Below are positions 52,054-60,688 of a stretch of 64,000 bases of DNA, piece after piece (positions within the stretch are counted from its first letter, which is position 1; every line of letters starts with the position of its first letter). The stretch comes from Vulcanimicrobiota bacterium (GTDB lineage Bacteria; Vulcanimicrobiota; Xenobia; Xenobiales; JADMJV01). The stretch is from NCBI GenBank assembly GCA_050250895.1, contig JBFWNU010000007.1, forward strand, positions 32,001-96,000, in the 5' to 3' direction. The notes under the pieces were generated by a model. It ran no database searches. It saw nothing but the letters and a program-made list of their open reading frames with translations, and was not told where the DNA came from. The translations under genes were made by a program, and so were the position numbers.

Positions 52054-53454
52054 ATGTCGGTTAGAACAGAACGTGATTCGATGGGGACGATGGAGGTCCC
52101 CGCCGAGGCTTATTACGGTGCATCCACCGCTCGGGCGGTCTTGAATTTCCCTATCAGTGGTCGCGGTTTCGGACGACGCTTCCTGCGGGCCCTGGGGATG
52201 ATCAAGAAGGCCTGCGCTCAGGCGAACCTGGACCTGGGCTTGCTCGAGGGCAAGAAGGCCGAGGCCATCGTGAGCGCGGCCGACGAAGTCATCGCCGGCC
52301 AGCTCGATCAACATTTTGTGGTCGACATCTTTCAGACCGGCTCAGGCACTTCGACCAACATGAACGCCAACGAAGTCATCGCCAATCGGGCCAGCGAACT
52401 GATGGGCGGCGATCGAGGCTCGAAGCTGGTCCATCCCAATGACGACGTCAACCGGGGCCAGTCCTCAAACGACGTCATCCCCACAGCCATGCAGTTTTCG
52501 GCCGCGCTGGGCGTGCATCAGGACCTGCTGCCGGCGCTCGAGGGGCTCGAGCAAAGTCTGCGCAAGCTCTCCAAATCTAGCTGGGACGTGGTCAAGACCG
52601 GACGCACTCACCTGCAAGACGCGACTCCCATTCGCATGGGTCAGGTTTTTCTCGGCTTTGCAGGCCAGGTCGAACGGTCGCGCCGTCGCCTCGAGCACGC
52701 CGTCGATGAGTTGTGCGAACTGCCTTTGGGCGGCACCGCGGTGGGCACCGGCATCAACACCCACCCGGCTTTCGCTGGCAAGGTGATGGGCCTGCTCGAG
52801 AAGGCGACCGGTCTCAAAGTGCGCGAAAGCGACAACCATTTCCAGGCCCAGAATAACATCGATATCATGATTTCGGCCTCGGGAGCCCTGCGGGCTACGG
52901 CTCTGAGTCTCTACAAGATTGCCAACGACATCCGCTTCATGGGCTCGGGTCCCCGGGCCGGTCTGGGCGAGTTGCGCCTACCGGAGGTGCAACCCGGCTC
53001 ATCGATCATGCCGGGTAAAGTCAATCCGGTGATCCCCGAGGCCCTGCTGCAGGTCGTGGCCCATGTGCTCGGCAACGATAATGCCATCGTACATGGGGCT
53101 TATGGTAGCTACTTCGAACTCAACATGATGTTCCCGATGGCCGCCCAGAATTTCGATCAAGCCGTTGATTTGCTGGCGGCGGCCGTGGCCAACTTCACCA
53201 CCACTTGTGTAGACGGCCTCGAGGTCACCTCGGCCGGCCCCGACGGGGTCGAGCGGGGTCTGATGCTGGGCACGGCCCTGGCCCCGGTGGTGGGCTACGA
53301 TAAGGCGGCCGAGGTGGCCAAGACGGCGGCCAAGCAGAACAAGACCATCCGCGAGGTGGCCCTGGAGGTCACCGATCTTACCGCTGACGATCTCGAAAAG
53401 TTGCTGGATCCCCTTCCCATGACCGAGCCGACGGCGGAGCCGACCACGGCTTGA
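52054..53454 (+). CDS. fumC: Class II fumarate hydratase
   Basis: GSGTSTNMNANE, GRTHLQDA, GSSIMPGKVNP. Confidence 0.93.
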   Translation: MSVRTERDSMGTMEVPAEAYYGASTARAVLNFPISGRGFGRRFLRALGMIKKACAQANLDLGLLEGKKAEAIVSAADEVIAGQLDQHFVVDIFQTGSGTSTNMNANEVIANRASELMGGDRGSKLVHPNDDVNRGQSSNDVIPTAMQFSAALGVHQDLLPALEGLEQSLRKLSKSSWDVVKTGRTHLQDATPIRMGQVFLGFAGQVERSRRRLEHAVDELCELPLGGTAVGTGINTHPAFAGKVMGLLEKATGLKVRESDNHFQAQNNIDIMISASGALRATALSLYKIANDIRFMGSGPRAGLGELRLPEVQPGSSIMPGKVNPVIPEALLQVVAHVLGNDNAIVHGAYGSYFELNMMFPMAAQNFDQAVDLLAAAVANFTTTCVDGLEVTSAGPDGVERGLMLGTALAPVVGYDKAAEVAKTAAKQNKTIREVALEVTDLTADDLEKLLDPLPMTEPTAEPTTA

Positions 53455-53472
53455 GGAATTTTCAAGACAGGC

Positions 53473-53504
53473 CCGAAGAACCCCCTAATGCTGGGGTTCT
53501 TCGG
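53473..53504. terminator. Stable hairpin after fumC
   Basis: CCGAAGAACCCC / GGGGTTCTTCGG; no clear U-tract. Confidence 0.5.
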
Positions 53505-53518
53505 CCCTGGCCACAGGG

Positions 53519-53547
53519 TTGACAAACCCATGCCCTTTGGGTATACT
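53519..53547 (+). promoter_or_regulatory. sigma70 promoter of tRNA-Gly/Thr
   Basis: TTGACA-17-TATACT. Confidence 0.8.
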
Positions 53548-53586
53548 CCATTTGCACTTGGCGAGAGTCCGGTGCTGCTTTATTAT

Positions 53587-53662
53587 GCGGGGATAGCTCA
53601 GTTGGTAGAGCACTAGCCTTCCAAGCTGGATGTCGCGAGTTCGAGTCTCGTTCCCCGCTCCA
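53587..53662 (+). tRNA. tRNA-Gly(TCC)
   Basis: Anticodon loop CTTCCAA, CCA. Confidence 0.95.
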
Positions 53663-53668
53663 GGACAC

Positions 53669-53744
53669 GCTGGGGTAGCTCAGTCGGCAGAGCACGTCCT
53701 TGGTAAGGACGAGGTCGGCGGTTCAAGTCCGCTCCCCAGCTCCA
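53669..53744 (+). tRNA. tRNA-Thr(GGT)
   Basis: Anticodon loop TTGGTAA, CCA. Confidence 0.95.
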
Positions 53745-53745
53745 T

Positions 53746-53814
53746 GCCGCTTGCGGTCCGCTTTCGAAGCGGGCCGCGGGTCGTATCATAAAAGTGCAGC
53801 GGCTCTTTTTTTTT
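53746..53814 (+). terminator. Hairpin(s) plus poly-T after the tRNAs
   Basis: GCGGTCCGCTT/AAGCGGGCCGC stem; run of 9 T at about 53806-53814. Confidence 0.6.
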
Positions 53815-53922
53815 GTCGCCGGCCACGTTTTTTGAACTGCTCGTGTGGGTATGACAAGGGCGCGGCTCGACCAATTCCAAGGGCCGTTTACCGGTAAACA
53901 GGTCGCATACCGAAGGAGACCC

Positions 53923-54231
53923 ATGATGGCAGCCCAGGAAGCCAAGACAAGAAAAAACGCAAAGGCAAGGCGACAGAAGAAGACGGACGCACCCGCCTCG
54001 GAAGAGCGGGGGCGCAGCGAAGGCGGGCAGAATACCGTGGCTGAAGGCGGCGGTCTGGTCGCACGTGTGCGTAAGTATCTTGTCGGGGTGCTGGCCGAGA
54101 GCAAACGCGTGACGTGGCCGTCCAAGGCCGAACTGATGGCCGGAACGCTGGTCACGTTTTTCACGCTGGTGATGTTTGCCGGCTATCTCGGGGTTCTCGA
54201 TAAAATCTTCGAAAGAGTCCTTCAGTTTTAG
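53923..54231 (+). CDS. secE: Preprotein translocase SecE
   Basis: ESKRVTWPS plus TM helix; upstream of nusG. Confidence 0.9.
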   Translation: MMAAQEAKTRKNAKARRQKKTDAPASEERGRSEGGQNTVAEGGGLVARVRKYLVGVLAESKRVTWPSKAELMAGTLVTFFTLVMFAGYLGVLDKIFERVLQF

Positions 54232-54249
54232 TATGCGAGAGAGGAGACG

Positions 54250-54939
54250 GTGGCCAGCCGCCGTCGCAGCGTTTTGAGTATGGCAGCCGAGAATGAAACT
54301 ACTCCCGTAGAGGAGACTGTTGTTGAAGCTCCCCAGGCAACCGCCGAGTCCGACGAGGGCGTCGAGAGCATCGAATCCGTAGCCAGCGAGCCGGAAGCTC
54401 CGCGGGATCCCCGCACCAACTGGTACGTGATTCACACCTATTCCGGCTACGAGAACAAGGTTCGCGATAATCTGATTCGTCGCATCGAGTCGATGAACAT
54501 GCGCGACAAGATTTTTCAGGTGCTGGTGCCCACCGAAGAAGAGCTCGAGTTCAAGGACGGCAAGAAAAAGACCGTTCAGCGCAAAGTCTATCCCGGCTAT
54601 GTTTTCGTCGAGATGATTATGACCGAAGACTCGTGGTACGTGGTGCGCAATACCTCGGGCGTGACGGGCTTCGTCAGCCCGGGTGCCAAGCCGGTCCCTC
54701 TGCCCGACGACGAAGTTCGTCGCATCAAGCAGATCATGGGTATGGAGGCGCCGGTTCGGGTCAAGATCAACCTCACCGTGGGTCAGAACGTGCGGGTCAT
54801 TCACGGACCCTTCCAGGACTTCCACGGCGTGGTCGACGAGGTCAGCCCCGACCGCGAAAAGGTGCGCGTCCTGATTTCGATTTTCGGCCGCGAGACTCCC
54901 GTAGAGCTCGATTTTGGCCAGGTAGAGAAGTTGTCATAG
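54250..54939 (+). CDS. nusG: Transcription factor NusG
   Basis: WYVIHTYSGYE, YPGYV, IFGRETPVEL. Confidence 0.97.
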   Translation: MASRRRSVLSMAAENETTPVEETVVEAPQATAESDEGVESIESVASEPEAPRDPRTNWYVIHTYSGYENKVRDNLIRRIESMNMRDKIFQVLVPTEEELEFKDGKKKTVQRKVYPGYVFVEMIMTEDSWYVVRNTSGVTGFVSPGAKPVPLPDDEVRRIKQIMGMEAPVRVKINLTVGQNVRVIHGPFQDFHGVVDEVSPDREKVRVLISIFGRETPVELDFGQVEKLS

Positions 54940-54977
54940 TAGGTCGTCCCCCGACCGACTCTTGAAAGGGAAAAGCC

Positions 54978-55403
54978 ATGGCAAAGAAACTAAAAGCAAT
55001 TATTAAACTCCAGGTGCCGGCCGGCAAGGCCAATCCGGCCCCTCCGGTCGGCCCCGCCCTCGGTCAGCACGGCGTCAACATCATGGACTTCGTGAAGCAG
55101 TACAACGAGCGGACCGCGAAGCAGATCGGCATGATCGTTCCGGTCGAGATCAGCGTCTATGAAGATCGTTCCTTCACGTTCGTCACCAAGACGCCCCCGG
55201 CCAAAACGCTGCTGCTCAAGAAGGCCGGCCTCGAGAAGGGTTCCGGCGAGCCCAACACTCGCAAGGTGGGCAAAGTGACCAAAGCCCAGGTGCGCGAAAT
55301 CGCCGAGTTGAAGATGCCCGACCTCAACGCTAACGACCTCGATATGGCGATGCGCATCATCGAAGGCACCGCTCGCAGCATGGGCATTGAAGTCAAAGGC
55401 TAA
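54978..55403 (+). CDS. rplK: 50S ribosomal protein L11
   Basis: [15 protein letters not shown]. Confidence 0.98.
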   Translation: MAKKLKAIIKLQVPAGKANPAPPVGPALGQHGVNIMDFVKQYNERTAKQIGMIVPVEISVYEDRSFTFVTKTPPAKTLLLKKAGLEKGSGEPNTRKVGKVTKAQVREIAELKMPDLNANDLDMAMRIIEGTARSMGIEVKG

Positions 55404-55413
55404 GAGTTAAATA

Positions 55414-55452
55414 GTGGGAGGCCGCTTCTAGAGGAGCGGCCGTCCGAACCAC
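55414..55452 (+). promoter_or_regulatory. L1-binding autoregulatory RNA structure upstream of rplA
   Basis: GUGG-GAG-[GCCGCUUC/GGAGCGGC]-GUCCGAA-CCAC next to the AGGAGG RBS. Confidence 0.75.
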
Positions 55453-55462
55453 AGGAGGTAGA

Positions 55463-56170
55463 ATGGGTAAGAGAGACAAGAAATACAAAGAGGCGCTCAC
55501 CAAGTTTGATCGCAATCAGGGTTACGAACTCAGCGACGCGCTGGATGTGGTCAAAAACATCGCCTTCGCCAAGTTTGACGAGACCATCGAGATTCACGTC
55601 AAGCTAGGCATCGACCCGCGTAAGAGCGACCAGACAGTGCGTGGAACGACCGTGCTGCCCAACGGCACCGGTAAGACCCCCAAGGTCATCGTCTTCACCA
55701 AGGGTGATAAGATCGCGGCCTGCGAAGCCGCCGGTGCCGACGAAGTGGGCGGCGACGAACTGATCCAGAAGGTCAAGGACGGCTTCTCTGACTTCGACAT
55801 CGCAGTGGCCTCACCCGACATGATGGGCGCCGTCGGTAAGAGTCTCGGTCGCGTGCTCGGCCCCAAAATGCCGAACCCCCGTGCCGGCACCGTCTCCCCT
55901 GACCCGGCCAAGGCCGTTCAAGAGCTAAAGTCTGGTAAGATTCAGTATCGCGCCGACAAGTCCGGCATCGTGCATTGCCCGGTCGGCAAAGTCAGTTTCC
56001 CTACCGAGCACCTCGTAGAGAATCTTCGGGTGCTCCTCGAGGCCATCGTGAAGGCCCGTCCCTCGGCCGCCAAAGGAGCCTATCTGCGCTCGGTCTGTCT
56101 GAGTTCGACCATGGGACCGGCTGTCAAGGTGGACTCCCAGAAGGCAGCCGCTTTCGCTGGCGTTCGCTAG
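55463..56170 (+). CDS. rplA: 50S ribosomal protein L1
   Basis: KFDETIE, DQTVRG, SSTMGP. Confidence 0.97.
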   Translation: MGKRDKKYKEALTKFDRNQGYELSDALDVVKNIAFAKFDETIEIHVKLGIDPRKSDQTVRGTTVLPNGTGKTPKVIVFTKGDKIAACEAAGADEVGGDELIQKVKDGFSDFDIAVASPDMMGAVGKSLGRVLGPKMPNPRAGTVSPDPAKAVQELKSGKIQYRADKSGIVHCPVGKVSFPTEHLVENLRVLLEAIVKARPSAAKGAYLRSVCLSSTMGPAVKVDSQKAAAFAGVR

Positions 56171-56179
56171 TCGAGGACA

Positions 56180-57694
56180 GTGCTGTCCCCTGAGACGAAG
56201 GGCCCGAGCCTGAGAATTCCTTTCTGGCTCGGGCTTATTTTCTTTGTACTCGTCCTGCTGGCGCCACTCCCCGAGGGGATGACCCCGGCCGGCAAAAAGG
56301 TGTTGGCCGCCGCTTTTTTGATGGCCACCTGGTGGATCGGCGAGGCTTTGCCCATTCCTTGCACGGCCCTGGTGCCGCTGGCCCTCTTTCCTTTGATGGG
56401 AGTGATGAAGGCCGGCGATGTTGCGCCGAACTACGGCAACGAGAATATCTTTCTTTTCATGGGCGGGCTTTTCATGGCCATGGCCATGCAAAAGTGGAAT
56501 CTGCATCGTCGCATGGCCCTCGCCATCGTGGGCCTAAGCGGGCAGAAGCCCGGCTATCTGATCATGGGTTTCATGCTGGCCACGGGACTGATCTCGATGT
56601 GGATCTCGGATACGGCCACGGTGATGATGATGATGCCCATTGGTGTGGCCGTCATCATGCATTTCGAGGAGCACCAGAAGCTGCCCGAGCAGAAGCAGAA
56701 GGATTTTGCCGCCGCCATGATGCTCGGAATCGCCTATGCGGGGGTGATCGGGGGCATCGGCACGCTGATCGGCACCCCACCCAACCTGGTCTTCGCTGGC
56801 ACCGTGGCCAAACTGGTGCCGGACGCGCCCGAGATCGGGTTCGCCAAATGGATGATGGTGGGTGGAACGGTGACCATCACTTTCCTGCCTCTGGTGTGGG
56901 TCTATCTCACTCGCATCGCTTTCCAGATTCCCCTGGGTGACGTGGATGAGGGCACCGACCGACAAGATATGGTCAAGTCTCAACTGGCTCAACTGGGGCC
57001 GATGAAGAAGGGTGAGAAGATCACCCTGGCCGTGTTCTTGAGCGCCGCCCTGTTGTGGTTGACCAGGGGCGAATATCGCGGTGACGAGGTTCTGGCCCCT
57101 GGCTGGGCCCTGCTCTTTCCCAATCCCGACATGATTCACGATTCGACGGTGGCGATGTTGGCTGCCCTGGCCCTGTTCGTGATGACCGTCGACGGGGACC
57201 GGCGCGAGTATGTGCTCGATTGGGAATGGGCTCGCCGTATCCCCTGGCGCGTGTTGTTGCTCTTTGGGGGTGGGTTCGCCCTGGCTCACGCCTTCCAGGT
57301 GACCGAACTGGCCGATTGGATTGGCCGGCGGATCGCTTTTCTCGAGGGTCTCCCTGCCCCTTTGATGGTGGCGGTGGTTTGTTTCTTGATGACTTTTCTG
57401 ACCGAGGTTACCTCGAACACGGCCACCACCACGGTCATGATGCCCGTGCTGGCCACCGCCGGCCACACCATGGGGATCGATCCTCTACTGCTGATGATGC
57501 CGGCCGCCATGTCGGCTTCGTGCGCCTTCATGCTACCGGTGGCCACACCCGGTAACGCCATCGTCTTCGGCAGCGGGTATCTGACCATTCCCCAGATGGC
57601 CAAGGCAGGCTTCTGGCTCAATCTGGTGGGAGTAATCCTGATTACCCTCGTCACCATTCTGGTGGGCGTCCCGGTTTTTGGTTTGCGCTACTGA
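56180..57694 (+). CDS. DASS/SLC13 family anion symporter
   Basis: TLIGTPPN, TSNTAT, FMLPVATPGNAIVF; many TM helices. Confidence 0.92.
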   Translation: MLSPETKGPSLRIPFWLGLIFFVLVLLAPLPEGMTPAGKKVLAAAFLMATWWIGEALPIPCTALVPLALFPLMGVMKAGDVAPNYGNENIFLFMGGLFMAMAMQKWNLHRRMALAIVGLSGQKPGYLIMGFMLATGLISMWISDTATVMMMMPIGVAVIMHFEEHQKLPEQKQKDFAAAMMLGIAYAGVIGGIGTLIGTPPNLVFAGTVAKLVPDAPEIGFAKWMMVGGTVTITFLPLVWVYLTRIAFQIPLGDVDEGTDRQDMVKSQLAQLGPMKKGEKITLAVFLSAALLWLTRGEYRGDEVLAPGWALLFPNPDMIHDSTVAMLAALALFVMTVDGDRREYVLDWEWARRIPWRVLLLFGGGFALAHAFQVTELADWIGRRIAFLEGLPAPLMVAVVCFLMTFLTEVTSNTATTTVMMPVLATAGHTMGIDPLLLMMPAAMSASCAFMLPVATPGNAIVFGSGYLTIPQMAKAGFWLNLVGVILITLVTILVGVPVFGLRY

Positions 57695-57736
57695 GGCTGG
57701 CGGTGGGTGCGGACGGGGGTGTAAACTGGAGTTTTC

Positions 57737-58390
57737 ACGCGGACGTGGGCGTGAACTGGATTTTAACGCGGAGATCAAGGAGAGGACGCAGAGATCGCGG
57801 AGGGGTTGCAGGTTTGGGGGAGTAGGCTCTCTAGCGATTTTTATGGTTGAGGCCGGTGCGGCTGGAAGGTCGTTCCCTGATAGTTCCAGGCGCGGCCGGT
57901 GCCGAAGGACTCTGCGTTCTCCGCGATCTCAGCGGTTTATAAACGGGCGGGCGTGTTAACGCGGACGTGGGCGCGAACTGGATTTTGACGCGGAGATCAA
58001 GAGAGGACGCAGAGATCGTGGAGGGGTTGCAGGTTTGGGGGAGTAGGCTCTCTAGTGATTTTTATGGTTGAGGCCGGTGCGGCTGGGAGTTAGCGGTGCC
58101 TGACCCGCGTCGGTTACCGACCGGGACCGAGGCGCGGCTTGGCCCAGCCAGAGGCGGGCCACTTCCAGCTGGAAGTCGCGGCGGGTGTGCGGCGCACAAC
58201 CGGTCCCACGGTCGCCGCTGGCCCGAACCGAGGCCTCGGCCGGGGATTCGGCAGCACCCACGTACCACGCCGCCAAATCGGCCTCGGCGGGGCGGGGAGG
58301 TCGTTCCACCGTTGTTCAAGGCTTCAATGCGCGGCCGGCGCGCGCCGAAGGACTCCGCGTCTCTGAGCGGTTTTATAACGAGCGAGCGCT
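57737..58390. repeat. Two tandem copies of a MITE/REP-like element with inverted arms
   Basis: About 128-bp near-identical direct repeat (57737-57865 / 57959-58086); arms ACGCAGAG vs CTCTGCGT. Confidence 0.85.
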
Positions 58391-58405
58391 CACCCTCCAG
58401 ACCAC

Positions 58406-58434
58406 TTGACATCCCCGGCCGTGTCCACTATTAT
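58406..58434 (+). promoter_or_regulatory. sigma70 promoter of tRNA-Ala
   Basis: TTGACA-17-TATTAT. Confidence 0.8.
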
Positions 58435-58444
58435 TGCTGGGCGC

Positions 58445-58520
<76 letters not shown>

Positions 58521-58529
58521 AAATCAAAC

Positions 58530-58563
58530 GAAGACAGGAGCAAACAGCTCCTGTTTTCATTTC
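58530..58563 (+). terminator. Rho-independent terminator
   Basis: GAAGACAGGAGC-aaaca-GCTCCTGTTTTC. Confidence 0.75.
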
Positions 58564-58750
58564 GTTCGATGTTTTTCCGGGCGCGTGGAGGAACTCTAGT
58601 ATTCTGGAAGAATACTCAAGCGTTATTTCCGAGGGTTTCCCTTGGAGTCGGAGTGGTGCTCCGGCAATGCGGCCCTCGCTGCAGAACTCGTTCGGGTGTG
58701 ATGTGGGCGCGACTAGAAAAGAATTATAAAGACTACGGGTAGGTGACTTT

Positions 58751-59044
58751 ATGGCATACCGGCCGTGCAGGTTTCGGAGTTCGGTGCTAGGCGTTTTTCA
58801 GTGCGAGAAGCACATGTTTCAGCATTCCTATCCGGAAATCTACAACGAACTCTACGAGTTTTGTCTTGAGAACGTTCCCGATCGATTTTGCGGATATGTC
58901 GATTTCGGTTTCAGTCTCGAAGGCGAGATGCCTAGAATTTTTATCAATTGTACGCATCCCTACCAGTCCCGTCCGCTGCGCAGTTTTCGGGACTGCATCG
59001 AGGAGTGCGATTACCACGATAAAGAGGGCGAGTCCCTCGGTTAG
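58751..59044 (+). CDS. Small Cys-rich protein (97 aa, 7 Cys)
   Basis: AGGTGA RBS; directly upstream of the radical SAM gene. Confidence 0.7.
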   Translation: MAYRPCRFRSSVLGVFQCEKHMFQHSYPEIYNELYEFCLENVPDRFCGYVDFGFSLEGEMPRIFINCTHPYQSRPLRSFRDCIEECDYHDKEGESLG

Positions 59045-59102
59045 GCGCCTCACACACAGCGCCGCTACGGTCGGCGGTACTCAGACCCCTGGAGGAATCT
59101 GA

Positions 59103-60392
59103 ATGGCGGACGCGGCCAAGGCCCCTTTTGTGGGCCGTCGGGAATATTTCGGCTGTTTGATCTATGATCGGTCGAATAGCGATTATATTCCCTTCGATCA
59201 AGAGGCCACTGAAATCTTCGAGTTGAGCGTGGACCGCTCGCTCGATGAGGTCTATCGAGAACTGTCTGACTCGGTCACGCGCCAGTCTTTCGACACGTTC
59301 GTTCAGCTCTGCTCGAGCATCGGGCTGTTCGAGAACGGCACCTTCAAAGGCGTTTTTCTAGAAGACAAGACCCCGGCCGGCTTTTACCATCTCTCGGCAC
59401 CGACGCTGGTTTATCTTCAATTGACCCGCTACTGCAACCTGGCCTGTAAGCACTGCTGGGCCGAGGCTGGGGCGGCCCGCCCGCGCGAATTGACGATTCT
59501 CGAAGTTCGCAAACTGCTCGACCAGATGTCCGAGATGGGTGTCTATAAATTGCGTCTCGGTGGGGGAGAGCCCCTGGGCCGCGGCGACTGGTATGATATC
59601 GTCAAATACGCCAACGACCGTGGCATTCGAGCCAGCCTCTCCACCAACGCCACTATGGCTACCCGGGCTGTGGCCTCCAAAATTGGCGAGCTCGACATCG
59701 ACGAGATCAAGGTCAGTCTCGAGGCGGCCAGCGAGAAGAGCTACGACTATATCCGGGGCGAGCGATCCTATCGCAAGGCCATCCGCGGCATCAAGAACCT
59801 CAAAGAGCTGGCCAACGCTCCGGTCTATTTCCATACCGTTTTGCAGCGCGACAACCTGACCGAGATCCCGGCTCTGGTCAAGCAGGCCGAGAAGCATCAG
59901 GTCGATCGCATCGTTTTCGATGTCATCGTCGGGTCGGGGCGCGCCCGCGAAAACCAACGATTGCTGTTGACTCCAGAAGAGGCCAACAATGCCCTGGATC
60001 TGGCTCGCCGGATCGGTCAGACCAGCCGGGTCAAAGTCGAGGTGGCCAATCGGGTCCCGCCGCCCTATCAGAAGAAGCGAGTTTTCGAAGGCTTCGGCTC
60101 CGAAGGTGGACGACTGCATCTGCACGTCAACTCGGAAGGTGTGGTATCGGCCAGCGGTTTCGTGAGCGAGCTGCTGCCGGCGGGCAACATTCGTGACAAG
60201 TCTCTGCGCGAGATCTGGGAAGAAGGCCCCGGCTTCAAGAGCTTGCGAAGCAGCCCCGGCAACCAGGTCTGCAACAACTGCGATTACTTCCGCTCTTGCC
60301 GCGGTGGGTCGCGCTCGCGGACTTATGCTACTCTCGGGTCGCTAACCGAGCCCGATCCGATGTGCCTGGTGGCCAAAGAGGCTGTTCGTTGA
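59103..60392 (+). CDS. Radical SAM/SPASM enzyme with N-terminal RRE-like domain
   Basis: CNLACKHC, GGEP, CNNC-x5-C...DPMC; RREYFGCLIYD N-terminus; GGAGG RBS. Confidence 0.9.
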   Translation: MADAAKAPFVGRREYFGCLIYDRSNSDYIPFDQEATEIFELSVDRSLDEVYRELSDSVTRQSFDTFVQLCSSIGLFENGTFKGVFLEDKTPAGFYHLSAPTLVYLQLTRYCNLACKHCWAEAGAARPRELTILEVRKLLDQMSEMGVYKLRLGGGEPLGRGDWYDIVKYANDRGIRASLSTNATMATRAVASKIGELDIDEIKVSLEAASEKSYDYIRGERSYRKAIRGIKNLKELANAPVYFHTVLQRDNLTEIPALVKQAEKHQVDRIVFDVIVGSGRARENQRLLLTPEEANNALDLARRIGQTSRVKVEVANRVPPPYQKKRVFEGFGSEGGRLHLHVNSEGVVSASGFVSELLPAGNIRDKSLREIWEEGPGFKSLRSSPGNQVCNNCDYFRSCRGGSRSRTYATLGSLTEPDPMCLVAKEAVR

Positions 60393-60586
60393 GCGAGTCG
60401 TCATTTTCTCTGACGCCGCGCGAAGAGGCCAGGCTTACGCTGCCGAACTGCCCCGGTTGCGATACGCCTCTCGAGGTGGCGGGGTTGGGTCTCAACGAAG
60501 AGACCACCTGTCCCCACTGCGGAGTCGTGATTTTGTTGGTTCGCATCGATGGGGTGCGAATGTTTCTGCGCGACGGCTGGACTTGA
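60389..60586 (+). CDS. Small LysW-like zinc-ribbon protein (65 aa)
   Basis: TTGA overlap with the rSAM stop; AAAGAGG RBS; CPGC...CPHCG. Confidence 0.65.
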   Translation: MSESSFSLTPREEARLTLPNCPGCDTPLEVAGLGLNEETTCPHCGVVILLVRIDGVRMFLRDGWT

Positions 60587-60688
60587 GCGGGCCGCCGATT
60601 CGAGGGTAAGCTCCCGGGCGTGTCGAAAATCTTTGATGGGGGCGCCGTTTGGCTTTGCCAGCGGCTTTGATGGAGTGAACCTGGCTGG

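Noticed and set aside
57737-58086. Direct repeats as CRISPR or att sites
   Set aside because: Only two long copies, not tRNA-derived, and no integrase in the window
60090-60320. Selenocysteine or frameshift as the cause of the missing SPASM cysteines
   Set aside because: The codons are ordinary Ser (TCC, AGC, TCG) in an uninterrupted frame
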